Shown here in pieces: positions 39,095 to 61,469 of a stretch of 64,000 nt of DNA; position 1 is the first letter of the stretch; every line of letters starts with the position of its first letter. Source of the stretch: the human T2T-CHM13v2.0 reference genome, Homo sapiens. Location: the NCBI RefSeq assembly GCF_009914755.1, contig NC_060943.1; one strand, given 5' to 3'. The notes under the pieces are model-generated. The model did not search any database and had not been told where the DNA came from. It was given only the letters and a program-made list of their open reading frames with translations. A program made the position numbers and the translations under genes.

Positions 39095-39930
39095 GCCAAG
39101 AAGGTTCAGCTTCAGCTTGGCTTACACTATCCCCAGAAAAGTTCAACTCAGCCTTGTTCCCTCTTCTGTTATTTTGCTGTGCCCAGCTGGGGCCCCTCCT
39201 AACTCCAAGGGCCAAGAAAGTTCAACTTCAGCTTGGCTTACACTGCCCTCAAAAAAGTTCAACCTAGCCTTGGTCCCTCTTCTGTCATGTGGCTGTGCCC
39301 AGCTGGGGCCCCTCCTACCTCCCACCCTTCCATCTCCAGCTGGACAGGTGCAGCCTTAGTGCCCAACTGTTTGTCAAAAACTCTGAAGGGGCTGATATTT
39401 TGCCAACTGGCAAACAAATAAGTTAGCCTGCCACAGTTTTATGGATACTGGCAGAACACACTGGATTCTGGATCAAAGGCAAAGGACTTTATTACTCACA
39501 GCACAGAAGACAGCATGAGCTTTGTGTTCACATCAGTTCGCCTTGACCCTAAGTCCCACAGGAATGATCAGAGAAGTTTAGGAGGATCCTGTGACACGAT
39601 GCTTTGACCCACAGCTGAGAAACCTGAGCTTAGGAATCCTGAATCGTATGAAGGGACTATTAATATTTGTCCGAGAGGGAGACACATTCTTCGTTATCCC
39701 GACCACAAACAGACCTGCTCTGGAGGAACATACTATATTTATTGTACTGAACACTAAACAAATCTGCTTTAAGGGACACATTATTACACTGGTCGGTAAG
39801 CAAAGCTGTTTTGTTGAAAATACCATTTGCAAGATGGCTTGCTAGCCAAACATCCTTGATAGTCCAAAGCAATTTTTTTTTCACTTTGAAGCCATGTAGA
39901 AACATGAGAGGCCCATGGAGAATTTTCTCT
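39095..39930 (-). mobile_element. Fourth LTR40-like copy, with a degenerate ARE GGAACAtacTATATT (39725-39739)
   Basis: Paralog of the enhancers. It begins with a 116-nt tandem duplication (39096/39212). Confidence 0.75.
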
Positions 39931-41038
39931 CAGAATCATAATTTAAATTCTCTAACCTTCCCTGCAAAACAAACTTATACTTTCTTCCTTATACCCCTTG
40001 TCTGCCACATCTGTTACCCTAGCCTCACCAGTGTGCCAGGCCCAGTTCCCAAAGATGGCAGGAAAAATATGGGGATCTGATCTGGATGTGCCCTATTGTT
40101 GCTGTCTGTTTATGTGTGGATTTGACTTTGAGGGGACATATCCACGTTTCCCAGTGTAGAGGCTCAGGGTCTTCTGACTGTGAAAAGTCCTTGTTTGGTA
40201 CTTGTGCGTAGTGCAGTTCTGTGTGCGTGTGTGTGTGTTGTGTGTGTGTGTATGTGCATGCACATGTGTATGTGGTGGGTGTGCAAGGCCCTGCTGTCCA
40301 CTACCTGCCCACACATGTGAGCCATGTCCCCATATGGGAAAACTGATGAGTAACCTTCAACACCAAGTGTCTGACTTGGGGGGTGATCTAGAGACAGATA
40401 AATCTTTCCTGTCCCAGCTGCCTGTGTCTCCAGAATATGTCTTTCCCCATAAATGCCCAACTCTGTGTCTGGGAGTAGCCAGGAATCTAACCTATGAAGC
40501 TGTATTTGAATGTCTGGCCCTTGGGGTTGGTGTCTGCAACTCTGAATCACCACTAAGTGGTTTTATGGATGAATCACAGTATTAGCTTTGACTAACTTTA
40601 TCTGGGTCTGCACATATGTCTGATTTTGGCTATATTTGTTTTCAAAATCTGAACGTGCACACGTATGTACCATAACTAAGTCATGTGTCCTTGATTAAAA
40701 TAACTGATATTTATTACTATGCATTACAGTTACTGTGTGCCAGGCATTATCATGCACACCCACACACAGGCATACACACAAAGACACATTTTTCTATTTA
40801 AGTCTTAAGGAAACCCCCATGAACAAATGAGGAAATGGAAAGACATTGAGGTCAAATAATTTTCTCAAAGATTCAGAAATAATATGTTTGATCCCAGGTG
40901 GTCATACTTTTGGATACAACCACCATACTATAGACCCATGTCTGTGAATTGCTTTTGGAGGGGCTACTCAGGATATGTCCCCTCAAAGTCAAACCCAACA
41001 CTGCATATCAGTGTCTCTCTCCTGTGTACCTTTACTAA

Positions 41039-41501
<463 letters not shown>

Positions 41502-42153
41502 CACACCCATGTCTTAACTGTCCACACTTACATACAAATATCAATGTCCATATAGTGACCCTCGAAGCTGAGATCTATTTATATGTTACGTGAAGGTAAG
41601 CTGTAAATGCTGTACCTACCAATACCTAAGTTTGAAAGTCTGGTTGTGCATATATGTAGGTCCACAATCTAGTATGGCCACATCTGTGCCCTTGTATGAC
41701 CCTGAGTTTGGCCGAGATACCCAAACTCTGGGACCAAATTTGTGTGTCATACATACTGAGTGTCACATCCATTTAATATCTGTGACAGATGAATGAGCCT
41801 GAATGACTGGCTCCAAGTGACCACTTGTCTGAACTCACTGTATCCAGTGACCTTATCTTCATCCCCAACCACAGAGAACTTCTTGCCCTCTGGTCTTTTC
41901 CCCTTTCTCTCTCTTTTGGGAACCTATAACACATGAGATGGGTGGTGGGAACAAAAAAGGATACAGTTCCAGGGAAAAGAGGCAAAAGTTTTTTAAAGCT
42001 AGAGAGAAAACAGTATTTTAAAAACATATCAGAGGCTCCTGGAGAAACTGAGGGGAAGGCATAAGTGAAGAATATGTAGGTAGATAAGGGCACAGTCAGG
42101 GAATAGGAGGTGAGAAGGACCCTGTCCTCATGGATCCTCTACTCCCATCCCAG

Positions 42154-43260
42154 AGGCCTAGGACGGTGACTAGGTCCTGGGAACTGAGGAGTGTATGCTC
42201 TGCTCCCAATCTTGGCAAGTGATTTTCTTTGAATGTGGACATTTTAACTGTGGTCCTTCATGCACTGTCCCCCGCTGTGAGCTCTCTGAGGCCCACTACC
42301 AAACCTGGTAAGAAGGCAGGGGTCAGGGTCCTGAAAAACGTGGCTGGGAGTAGGAACCCATGGGTTCTGTACCTGGAGTTGGAGAAGGCTGAAAGCCGGG
42401 AGTCCAAGGTCTTGGAGAAGGAAAATGTTGGGATTCTGGACTCCTGTATTTTAATGGGTTGGGGAGAGAGTCCTTGACTCCTCTGAGGACAAAAGTACTG
42501 GAGCTTGGGGACTACAGCCCAATGGGTGTGTGCCCACACATTGGAACTCTTAGCTATCTGAGAGGCAGGAGTAGGGGCCATTGGTACCAGGGCCTCAGGA
42601 GGTGGTAAGTGGAATTTCAGATTATCACAGGGCTTGGGGATCCCAGATTGCTAACATTTGGGTCTTTCTGTCTACTCCACACTCAGCTTGTGGGTAACCA
42701 CTGGCCTGCTAGCTCCCTATAGTTGCTGGGCCAGCAGGAGCCCGACGAGCAGGAACTGCGCAAGCGCGCTGGTTCTAAACAGCTGAAGGGCGTTTGGCGC
42801 ATCTTCTGACATCATCAGCACTATGAGGATCCCGGCGCACCACTATGGCGTCACTTCGGCGCAACTAGCCCACCATCACCCGTGCGCCTCTCCAGTCACA
42901 TGTATCACATGGCACTGCCCACGTCTGCCCCCTTGTGGGTGTGTCCAACATGGTGGCTGACTTAGGCTTTGTGTCCATAGGGAGGAGCCTAGGACCACAG
43001 GGAGGCTTGGGTCACAAGATGCTTGAGAAAAGCCAGATGTGTCCAGTCTATGAAACCTGAAATACATGGCTTTTGGGAAGAGGGGCAGGGTCCTGAATGT
43101 ATGGGTCCTTCTCAAGTTCACGGTCTTCCCTGGTGGGTCTCCTTGATAATTGTATTGTGCCAACATCAGCATAATTTCAGACACATCTGGTAACATGGAC
43201 TACCCAGGGCACCTGATGGACACCTTAGTGTGTGCATGTTTGGAGGGCGGAGGCGCAAAT
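42154..43260 (+). pseudogene. KLK15-like pseudogene, exons 2-4 (42154-42307, 42713-43018, 43134-~43260)
   Basis: A*DGD*VLGTEECMLCSQSWQVIFFECGHFNCGPSCTVPRCELSEAHYQT; ELRKRAGSKQL; EPRTTGRLGSQ; LYCANISIISDTSGNMDYPGHLMDTLVCACLEGGGA. Confidence 0.9.
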
Positions 43261-43476
43261 GATCCTAAAATCTTGATCTTGGTTACTAATGTTGTTGGCT
43301 GTTCCCCTAAACTGCACATCCAGGGCAAATGTTGATTTGTTGCATCCTAGACCCTGCCCTCAGCTACACCCCTGTCTCCACCACAATCCATCCCAACACC
43401 ATCCTCATCCCTAACTTTGTCACCATCTCCTGCCCTTGAGAGCTGATGAAAAGGAACGCCCAGAAAATGGAACTTA

Positions 43477-43800
<324 letters not shown>

Positions 43801-44695
43801 AAAGAAAACAGGGGATGTGTGCAGAAAACCAGGAGATATAGAGTCAAGAAGCATCAGAAAAAAGGTCAAAACAAAAGGTCAAAAAGGGCCCCCGCCAACA
43901 ACAACAAAAAAGAAAATGGAAGTCACCTGCCAACATTACCTAGTTACCCAGAGGCTGAGCTGGGATTCACACCCAGGGCTGACTAGGTCTTTCTCCTGCA
44001 TCTCCTCCCCTTTTCTTGGAACACCTACGTCTCTCAGGTTATCCTTTCCTTCCGAAGCTTCCACAGTTGGCTCAAACCCAGGGTTCTGAGATAACCTAGT
44101 CTCCCTGACTCCATGGAGGCTCTGCTTCTCATTCAGACCTAGCAAAATCATCTAAAGCTCACTCCACCAATATTGAGCTCCTAGCCAGACCTTACACCAA
44201 GGTAAGCCCTGGCCCATGCTCAAGCCCCACCCCTCCTAAAGTCTTATCCCTGCTCAAGCCCTGCCCCTAGCCCAAGCCCTTTCCTCTGTGCAAGCTTCTG
44301 ACCAAGGCGCTGCCCTCTGCTCAAGCCCCACCCCTTATCAGGCTCCACCCATCCCAAAGCCGTAATCCTGCTCAACCCCACCCCTGCTCAACTCCACCTG
44401 TGCCCCAGGCCCTTTGCACAAAAATTAGCTGGGCATGATGGTGCACACCTGTAATCACAGCTACTCTGGTGGCTGAGGCAGGAGAATCGCTTGAACCCAG
44501 GATGTGAAAGTTGCAGTGAACCGAGAGCATCATCTCTGACCAAGGCTCTGCCCTCTTCTTAAGCCCCATCATGCATAAGGCCCCATCCCTGCTAGCCTGC
44601 CACCCCTGGCCTGGGACTCTCCTTCACTCAAACTCTCCTCCAGCCAGCGCTTGCCTCTTAGCTGGCGCTCTGCCCCAGACCCACCCAGCACTCAC

Positions 44696-44880
44696 TTCTG
44701 GAGGCAGTGTGCAGCCGACAGCACCCACTGTGGATGCTCTAAGATGCCCCAGCGTCTTAAAGTTTTCCACTGACGGTGCTGGCTGCCTGCCAGGGCTGCA
44801 AGTGCAGACTGTATTCCTGTTGCCACCAATGAGGACTTTGCTGGCACTGGAGAAAGTGCTTGGGAATGGAGTCTGGGATC
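44696..44880 (-). pseudogene. KLK4-like exon-2 relic
   Basis: VLIGG / SLHLQPWQAA / GILEHPQWVLSAAHCLQ across frameshifts. The CAGAA|GTGAGT donor is identical to KLK4; the acceptor is uncertain. Confidence 0.85.
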
Positions 44881-44988
44881 CTTCAGGGGGAATCACAGCT
44901 CCTGGGGATGGAATCAGGACACAAAGTGGAGGGGTTCAGAGTCGAGGGTCAGGGTTAGGATTAGGAAGGTGTGGGTTGTATTGAGGGG

Positions 44989-46203
<1,215 letters not shown>

Positions 46204-46734
46204 GGTCTCCCAGCTAATAAATGGCAGGGCAGGGCTTTGAACCCAGGCAGGGCAACTCCACAGCCTATTTCCTTAACCACTGTCCCATAAGGCCTCCCAA
46301 GGCCCCAGTGAGCAGGGCATGACTAAACATGCAGCTACATGTCAGAACCCTGGAGTCAGGCTCAGGGACACAGGACCAGGTGACAGGCACAGGACACAAC
46401 CTCCCATGTGACATCACGCTTGGCTACACACACTCTTGCAAAGCTGCAGGGTGACTCATACAATGTGGTCACACCATGATACACACAGCACATGACACTG
46501 AACCAGATAGGTACAACCACAAAGATCCAGTCACATGGTAAATTACAGTGATATCATAATCCAGAAACAGCCTCGGATGAATGGAAATGCCTATTCACCC
46601 CAATACACAAAAATCACACAAGTACAGCCACACAAGCACCCCCATACACACGTCATACGGGCATGTAAACTTAGAAGCAACCCTGTCTGCTTGAAGACGG
46701 TGACACTTTGGGACATACACATCACACACGCAAA

Positions 46735-47037
46735 GCCATGGACCAAATTGTGTCCCCCCCTCTCCAGACTTATATGTCAAAGTGCTAAGCCCCAAGATAG
46801 TGGCATTTGGGGCTGGGACCCTTGGGAGGTGAGGAGGGTTAGCTGAGGTTGTGAGGGTGGGGCCTTCATGATGAAATTAAGTGCCCTAATATGAAGAGGA
46901 AAAGAGGGAGAGAGAATTGAAACCTGCTAAACCTCAGACTTGGACTTTCCGGTCTCCAGAATGGTGAGAAATAAATTTCTGTTGTGGAAGCCACCTGTCT
47001 GTGTTATGTTGTTATGGGAGCCAGAGAAGACTAAGAC
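46735..47037 (+). mobile_element. MLT1-like MaLR LTR
   Basis: aattgtgtcccccc...ggactttccggtctccagaatggtgagaaataaatttctgttg...gactaagaca. Confidence 0.75.
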
Positions 47038-47084
47038 ACACACACTTACACCACTCTCCCACCACACACACACAACACACACAC

Positions 47085-47156
47085 CTGTGACATTGTGGAC
47101 GACATATCCCAGGAGCCTGGTGCAGGGGGTTTCTGCTGTGGTCATCAGGTTGGCAC
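47085..47156 (-). pseudogene. KLK4-like signal-peptide exon relic (ATG at 47145; MTTAETPCTRLLGYVVHNVTG)
   Basis: Same layout as KLK4 58692-58763: 11 nt UTR plus 61 nt coding, with AG and GT sites. Confidence 0.85.
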
Positions 47157-47287
47157 CTGGTGGGGAGGGGATTCTGGGATTCTTTAGCCGTCTCCCTTCT
47201 CCACCCTCCCACAGAATCTCTGGGCAGCAACAGCCATAAGGGATCCTCTCCACCTTAGGCGGTGAGACCCTGAAACCATAACCTAGG

Positions 47288-47482
47288 GCAGAATTTCTCA
47301 ACCTGGCCGCTACTGACACTTCTGATTGAATCATTCTTTGTTGTGGGCACTGCCCTGTGTGCTGTAGGATATTACGCAGCATCCCTGCCCTCTGCCCACT
47401 AGATGCCAGTAGCACCCTCCTTGCCAAGTCATAGCAACCAAAAATGTCCCACTGTCCAGTGGTCTCTGGGAGAAGTCAGTGT
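47288..47482 (+). mobile_element. MER20-like DNA transposon
   Basis: tttctcaacctgg...actgacac...ctctgcccactagatgccagtagcacc...accaaaaatgtc. Confidence 0.75.
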
Positions 47483-48689
47483 TAGCAACATCTGGAATGA
47501 GAGGGAGTGATGGGGAGCTGGAGAGATGGAAACTCAGAGTGCAAGAAAGGCAAAGAAAGTCAGTGACAGAAACAGAGAAAGTTAGATAGGGATAGAGACA
47601 CAGAGACACTGATACAGAGACACCAAGATGGAGGCTGGGGGAGACAGAGTCAGAAAGCTAGGATGGGGAAGATGGAAACACAGGCACAAAGAGTTCTCAG
47701 GGTCAGTGAGTCTGAAAGGTATGGAGACGGAAATACAGGTGTTGACAGCAGACACAGCCTACAGCCTCTGTGCCCAGGCATTGTTCTAAGCACTTGACAT
47801 GCAGTAATTCACTTTCATAGGAACCTTACCTGGAAGATTTGATTATTAGCCCCATTTCACAGAGTTAAGTATCAGAGAGGTTAAGTAACTTGCCGAAGGT
47901 CACACAGCTATCAGCAGTTTATTCCATTTTTACTGCTGAATAGGATTCCATTGTATGGATGCACCATGGTTTATCTGTCCACTCGCCAGTTTATGGAACG
48001 TCTGTCACTGCTTTAACACTGCAAACTTCCCTCTCCCCAATCTTCCTTATTATTTAACTTATTATATATGATTTGTACTAATTTACAATATTATGTTAAC
48101 ACATATAAATGTATATCTAATTTGTTATTTATTTTATTGGATGTATTTTCTATTGTTTGTATCTTTCAGCTACAACAAGAACAAGGATCTTTGCCAGTTT
48201 TGTTCACTGGTTTATCCAAAGCCCCTAAAACCCTGCCTAGCACATAGTAGGTACCTGATAAGTACTTACTGAATAAATGAGAATGAATGGATGGCCACAA
48301 ACTCTTTCTATCACTGTATTTCTCAGTTGAGCTTCTCGGTCAGGGTACTGCCTCTCTGGCTGTTTCTGTCTTTGAGACAGACAACTAACACACACACACT
48401 CTCTCTCTCTGTTTATATCTGTCTCTCTGTGGCTGACACTCTCTCCATCACTTTTTCCTGTCTCTTTCAGTAGATCTCTCACTGGAGAGATCTCTTAGTC
48501 TCTAGAGGGTGGTTGGGGTCTTGTCAGGGGTCTGGGGTTGGGAATCTAGAGCAGAGGAATGGAGTTTGGAGGCTGGGTCTGAGGTCTGGAGTCAACCTCC
48601 AGAATCTCCAGTTTGTGCTGTGGAATCTAGAGCTTGGAATCTGAATTCTGGGATTTTGGGGTTTGGAGTGAAGCATCTGGAATCTAGAC

Positions 48690-48905
48690 GAGACATCAGC
48701 AAACTATTTCTGTAGAAGTCCAGAAAGTAATTATGTTAGGCTTTGTGGGCCAGACAGTCTGTGCTGTAATTGCTCATTTCTGCTGTCCCAGCATAAAAGC
48801 AGTCATAGACAACACAAGAAGGAATTAATGTATGTTCCAACAAAATGTTATTTACAAAAACACACAGCAGCTGGATTTGGCCTGCAGGGGTGATTTGTTT
48901 ACTTC
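48690..48905 (+). mobile_element. MER58-like DNA transposon
   Basis: cagcaaactatttctgta...ttaggctttgtgggcca...gatttggcctgcaggg. Confidence 0.7.
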
Positions 48906-49129
48906 TGATTAAACTGGAACCTGGAAAATGGAATCCAGAAATGGAAGTCTTGGTTCTAGAGTCCAAAGACTGGTCTGATATCTAGAGCTTGGACCACAAG
49001 TCTGATCTCCAGGAAGATGAAGCTCAAAGTCTAGAATCTGAATTTGGTGACTGAGGTCCTCATTTTGGAGTTAAGATTTTTTTATGTAGATCACAAGAGA
49101 CTGTCACTTCATTGCAGTACAGTTTAGCC

Positions 49130-50040
<911 letters not shown>

Positions 50041-50439
50041 CTTTATAAAACATTGTCTGGATAATCATGAAAAGTCGTTTGGTCTAGTTGTCAGTATAAC
50101 ACAGAGAGAGAGGTCTTCCCTTCCTACCACTGGGGACTCCTGCCTGCTCCCTGTGACTCAACATGTTTCTACCCAACTAACTGAGGTCTGGCATCGTCCT
50201 ATGGAGTTGACCTGAACTGTCTGTCTTTTCTTCAGAGCAAGGAGTGCCGCAGGGGCCCAGGTGTCACCATTTTGTTATTATAGGCAACCCCTCCAGGCTG
50301 CTTGTAGAACCATCTAAGGCAAAATTACTGATCAAGTTCATGTCTATCCAGGTAAACCTGAGATGAGTAAAATGACCTGTCCATCCATTCACTAAGGTCT
50401 TATGAACTGTCCACTCATCCCCTGAGGTCCTATGAATGT

Positions 50440-50975
<536 letters not shown>

Positions 50976-51049
50976 CTAGGTTTAGATTTCTATATGTAGA
51001 AATTGTATAGATAGGTTAATAGTGTTATGGAAATTTATGTCCTCATTCT

Positions 51050-53970
<2,921 letters not shown>

Positions 53971-54450
53971 CTCCCATCTCCTTGCCCCTCAGTTGCCCCA
54001 TTGTGCCCCTCAAACTTCCCTCTTTCTACTCCTTGGTCTCTGTTGCTGTCACTCACAGTAGCCCTCGCCACAATTCTCCCCACTAGACTCTAGCTGCAGC
54101 AGCCAACTTCTGAGACACATGCAAATTAAAAATTCTTGAAATGCAGTTAAGAAGACAAAAATGAATATAGATCAACTAAAGCTGAATAGTTAAACTAAGC
54201 AAGAAAATCTCTACGGTTACCATTTGCTGACCTGACTTTTCAGAAACTGGACAACATCCATGGCACTGGTTTCTCTTAACTATCCAGGGAATGGCCCCTC
54301 CCTCTGAAACTCTGTGGCCCTCCTGGTCAAAGCTCGCATTTCCCAGATAGGGAAATGCGACCCATGGAGGGAAAGCCATTTGCTGGAATCTCTTGAATGG
54401 AAGGGGAAGCAAGGAGGACACTACAAACAGAACCTGCGCTTCTCTTAGAC

Positions 54451-54456
54451 TTTATT
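54451..54456 (-). terminator. KLK4 poly(A) signal AATAAA
   Basis: TTTATT on the + strand, about 500 nt past the stop codon. Confidence 0.85.
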
Positions 54457-54565
54457 TCTGGATCTAGGGGAAAGGGACAAAAAATGAAAAACCAACTGGT
54501 AAGGTTGGGTCAACGTGCCACAAGGGGGCACTGTGTACAGGGAGAGTCTAGGTGGCATTGGACCG

Positions 54566-54879
54566 CTGGGTCTGAGGGAGGAGGGGCTGGGACCTGGACC
54601 TCTGGGTCTGGGGAAGGAGGGGTTGGGGGCTTGGACCTCTGAGTCTGAGGGAGGAGGGGTTGGGGGCCTGGACCCCTGGGTCTGAGGGAGGAGGGGCTGG
54701 GGGGTCTGGACTCCTGGGTCTGAGGGAGGAGGGGCTGGACTCCTGGGTCTGAGGGAGGAGGGGCTGGGGGGTCTGGACTCCTGGGTCTGAGGGAGGAGGG
54801 GCTGGGGATCTGTACCCTTGGTTTGAGGGAGGAGGGGCTGGGGGCCTGGACTCCTGGGCCTGAGGGAGGAGGGGCTGGG
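54566..54879. repeat. MSR1 minisatellite in the KLK4 3'UTR (~9 units of 29-38 nt)
   Basis: Unit CTGGGTCTGAGGGAGGAGGGGCTGGGGGCCTGGACTC. Confidence 0.92.
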
Positions 54880-54950
54880 AACAGATATTCCTGAATTCCT
54901 TCCGCAGGATGTATTTGGGGGTCAATTTCATGGGTTCCCAGTCCCCAGAG

Positions 54951-58752
<3,802 letters not shown>

Positions 58753-59350
58753 CACGTCAGCACCTGGGGATGAGGACTGAGACTTAGCCGTGTCTGGGGA
58801 TCTTCAGCCCAAGTCTCTCCATCCCTCTCTTTGTCCCTCCCTTTCTTCCCTCTGGGACGTTATTAGGTAGGCAAGAGCCTAGACCATCTACCCCCTCTCC
58901 CATCCATGGACCCAGAACCTAGAGAGACAGATTTAGAGACTGAGAGAGAAAAAGAGAGAGAGAGATGGGAAAAGAGAGAGAGAGAGAACTAGGTAGAAAG
59001 GAAAGTTTAGAGAAAGCATCTAGCCATCTGTGAATGGGGAGAGATGGTGTCTAGCCACCCACAAACAAGCATGGAGGGAAGACACACAGAGAATCAGAGC
59101 CGGAGAGACAGAGTGCTTGAGAGATATCCTCAGAGACAGTCTGAGAGTTAGACATGGAGATATAGATTCAGAGAGACAGAGAGACCCCTAACTAGAGACA
59201 GTGACTCCTAACTAGAGACAGTGAGAGATCTGTCTAGAGAGATGTGGAGACAGAAGGCACAGAGGCTGAGAATCCAGCGACATGGAGCTGTAGGGAGAGT
59301 TGGATCATGAACACTGCAGGCTTTTAGTGGGGGACCACCAGGCCTCTTAC

Positions 59351-59436
59351 CCGGCCACCTCTGGGCTCCTGGATTCCACTGCTGGGCTGAGCTCCAGCCT
59401 GCTGCCTCCCGCAGGGGCCTCCTTGGGGCTTATAAG
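59351..59436 (-). promoter_or_regulatory. KLK4: KLK4 TATA box and non-coding first exon (~59407-59351)
   Basis: TTATAAG at ~59429-59435 and a CGG|GTAAGA donor at 59351. The acceptor lies 11 nt before the ATG (58763). Confidence 0.75.
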
Positions 59437-61469
59437 CATCCTCAGCCTGGGCTGGCCTGCCCCCAGGGGATGTGTTCCAGGGGTCAGGTGCTGCAAACTT
59501 CCAGCTCAACTCTCTCAGGCTGCCTCAACTCTGACCAGGCAGTGGTTGGGGGCCCAGAAGGGGCTGGCAGCAGGGTCTAGGGACCCAGGGAGGAGACCCC
59601 TGCCCAGATCCTAGACTCCACTCTCCTTTTTCTTTCTCTCTCTCTCTCTCATTCTTTCTCTTTTCATGTTCTTATTCTCTCTCATGAGATACCTCTCTCT
59701 TGCCTGTATCTCTCATTTTCTCTTTCTCTTCTTCTTTCTTTCTCTCATTCTCTCTCTCATTATTTTTCTCGTGTTTTCTTTCATTTCCTCTCATTCTCTC
59801 CTGTTCTCTCTCATGTTCTTTCTCTTTTTAAATTAAATCTCTCTCTCTCTCTCCCCTCCTCCTTCATCCCTCTCTTTCTGTGCTTCTCCAGCAAATTTCC
59901 CCAGGGTCGTATCCAGCCTACATCACGAACTATTTTTGGAACCTTGGGCAAGTGACTGCACCCCTGTGAGCCTGTTTTTCCAACTGTAAAACTGGAGTGA
60001 CCATTATACCCCATTTCCCAAGTGGATTCAAAGAGGTAATTCAGGGAAAGGCACACAGTGCCAGGCACATTGTAGGCTCTCGGTGAGCGGGAGAACTAAA
60101 AAGTCTTCGCTCAGTGAAAAGCAGCTGAGTGCCTACCACACTCCGAGCTCTGCGGCAGGTGCTGGGGCCACAGGAGGAACCAGCAAAGTCCTCGTCACTG
60201 GGGATCGCGTCCTACCCGGGGGCACAGACCATAAAGGAAAACTGCAGGGACCAGCATATAAGGTGGTGGTCGGGGAGACTCAGAGAAGGGGAACATTTAA
60301 GCTGAGATCCCAGGGAAGAGGAGGAGGAGGGTCGCCGCAGCAGGGGCGGTTGCGGGGTGCAGGGGAGAACTTGGCTCCAGCCAGAGGAGGGCAGGGCGGG
60401 TAGGAGCGCAGACCGGGAACCGGGCGGGCCTGCAGGAGTTTACGTACCAGGATTAAGGAGCTTGGGTTTTACTTAAGTGCAATGGATTTTAAGCACGAGG
60501 ATGGAGTGACATAATCTTATTTACTTTTTAAAAACTTCCAGCTTGGAGAGTGATGGTGGGGGCGGGGCGGGGGGCAGTGGCAACAGCCCAGGTGGGAGGT
60601 GACGGGGTCAAGGGAGAAGAGAGGTGAATGGACACGGGGTCCCCTCTGCATGTGGAGCCAAGTTACTGCCCGATGGATGGAAAGTGGGGGGCCAGGAGCA
60701 GAGGGGCCAAGGATGGCGTGGAGGCTTGGTCTGCTGGCTTGCGCTCTACGGATCTTGTGGAGACGCATAGGTGCGGGAAGGGGGGTGGGGGGTGAGAGGG
60801 TGCCGTAGACCGCGGAGGGTGCACGGAGGGGCAGGCCGAGGTCAGGACTGCCGAGACAGAAACAGCGGGGACTCATCAGGGGAGAGGTGGTGTTTACAGC
60901 CACGAGGCCGGGTGAGATCATCCAAGGAGTGGGTGGGTGTAGACCGCGGAGCCGGCGCGGGTGAGGGATAGTGCCCGCAGGTGACCGCGACGAGGCAGGA
61001 ATGTCTCTGTGTCTCTCTGTCTCTCCTGGGTCTCTAACACTCTTTCCTTCTCCTTCCTTACTTCTTTCCCCCACAGCCCACCCCGTGTGTCTGTCTCTCT
61101 TTCTCTCTGGCTCTCTTTTCCTCTGCCTCTCTGGTCCCATCTCTGTCTCTCTCCCCCTTGTCTCTGTTTCTCTCACCTGCCAGACTGGAAGCATCCCAAG
61201 TGAGACCCTCCCCCAACTCTGTCCTGGGCCCGTGCGCCCCCAGATAACTCTGGGCAGGACGGGACATAGGCTGGGACCACAGAACAGGAAGCCCTGGCAG
61301 GTTTCTGTCTCTGTCTCTCTTTTCCCTGTCCCTGTCCCTTTCTCTCTCTGATCCCTTCTCTCTCGCTCTCCCTCTGACCTCTGTCTGTGACCCTCTGATC
61401 TCTGTCTGTCTCTGTCTGCCCCTGTGTGTCTCTCTTTCCTCCTGTCTCTGTCTCACCTTGCCTTCTCTC

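Noticed and set aside
54566-54879. CRISPR-like regular 37-nt repeats
   Set aside because: The units are head-to-tail with no unique spacers, there are no cas genes, and the DNA is human. This is MSR1.
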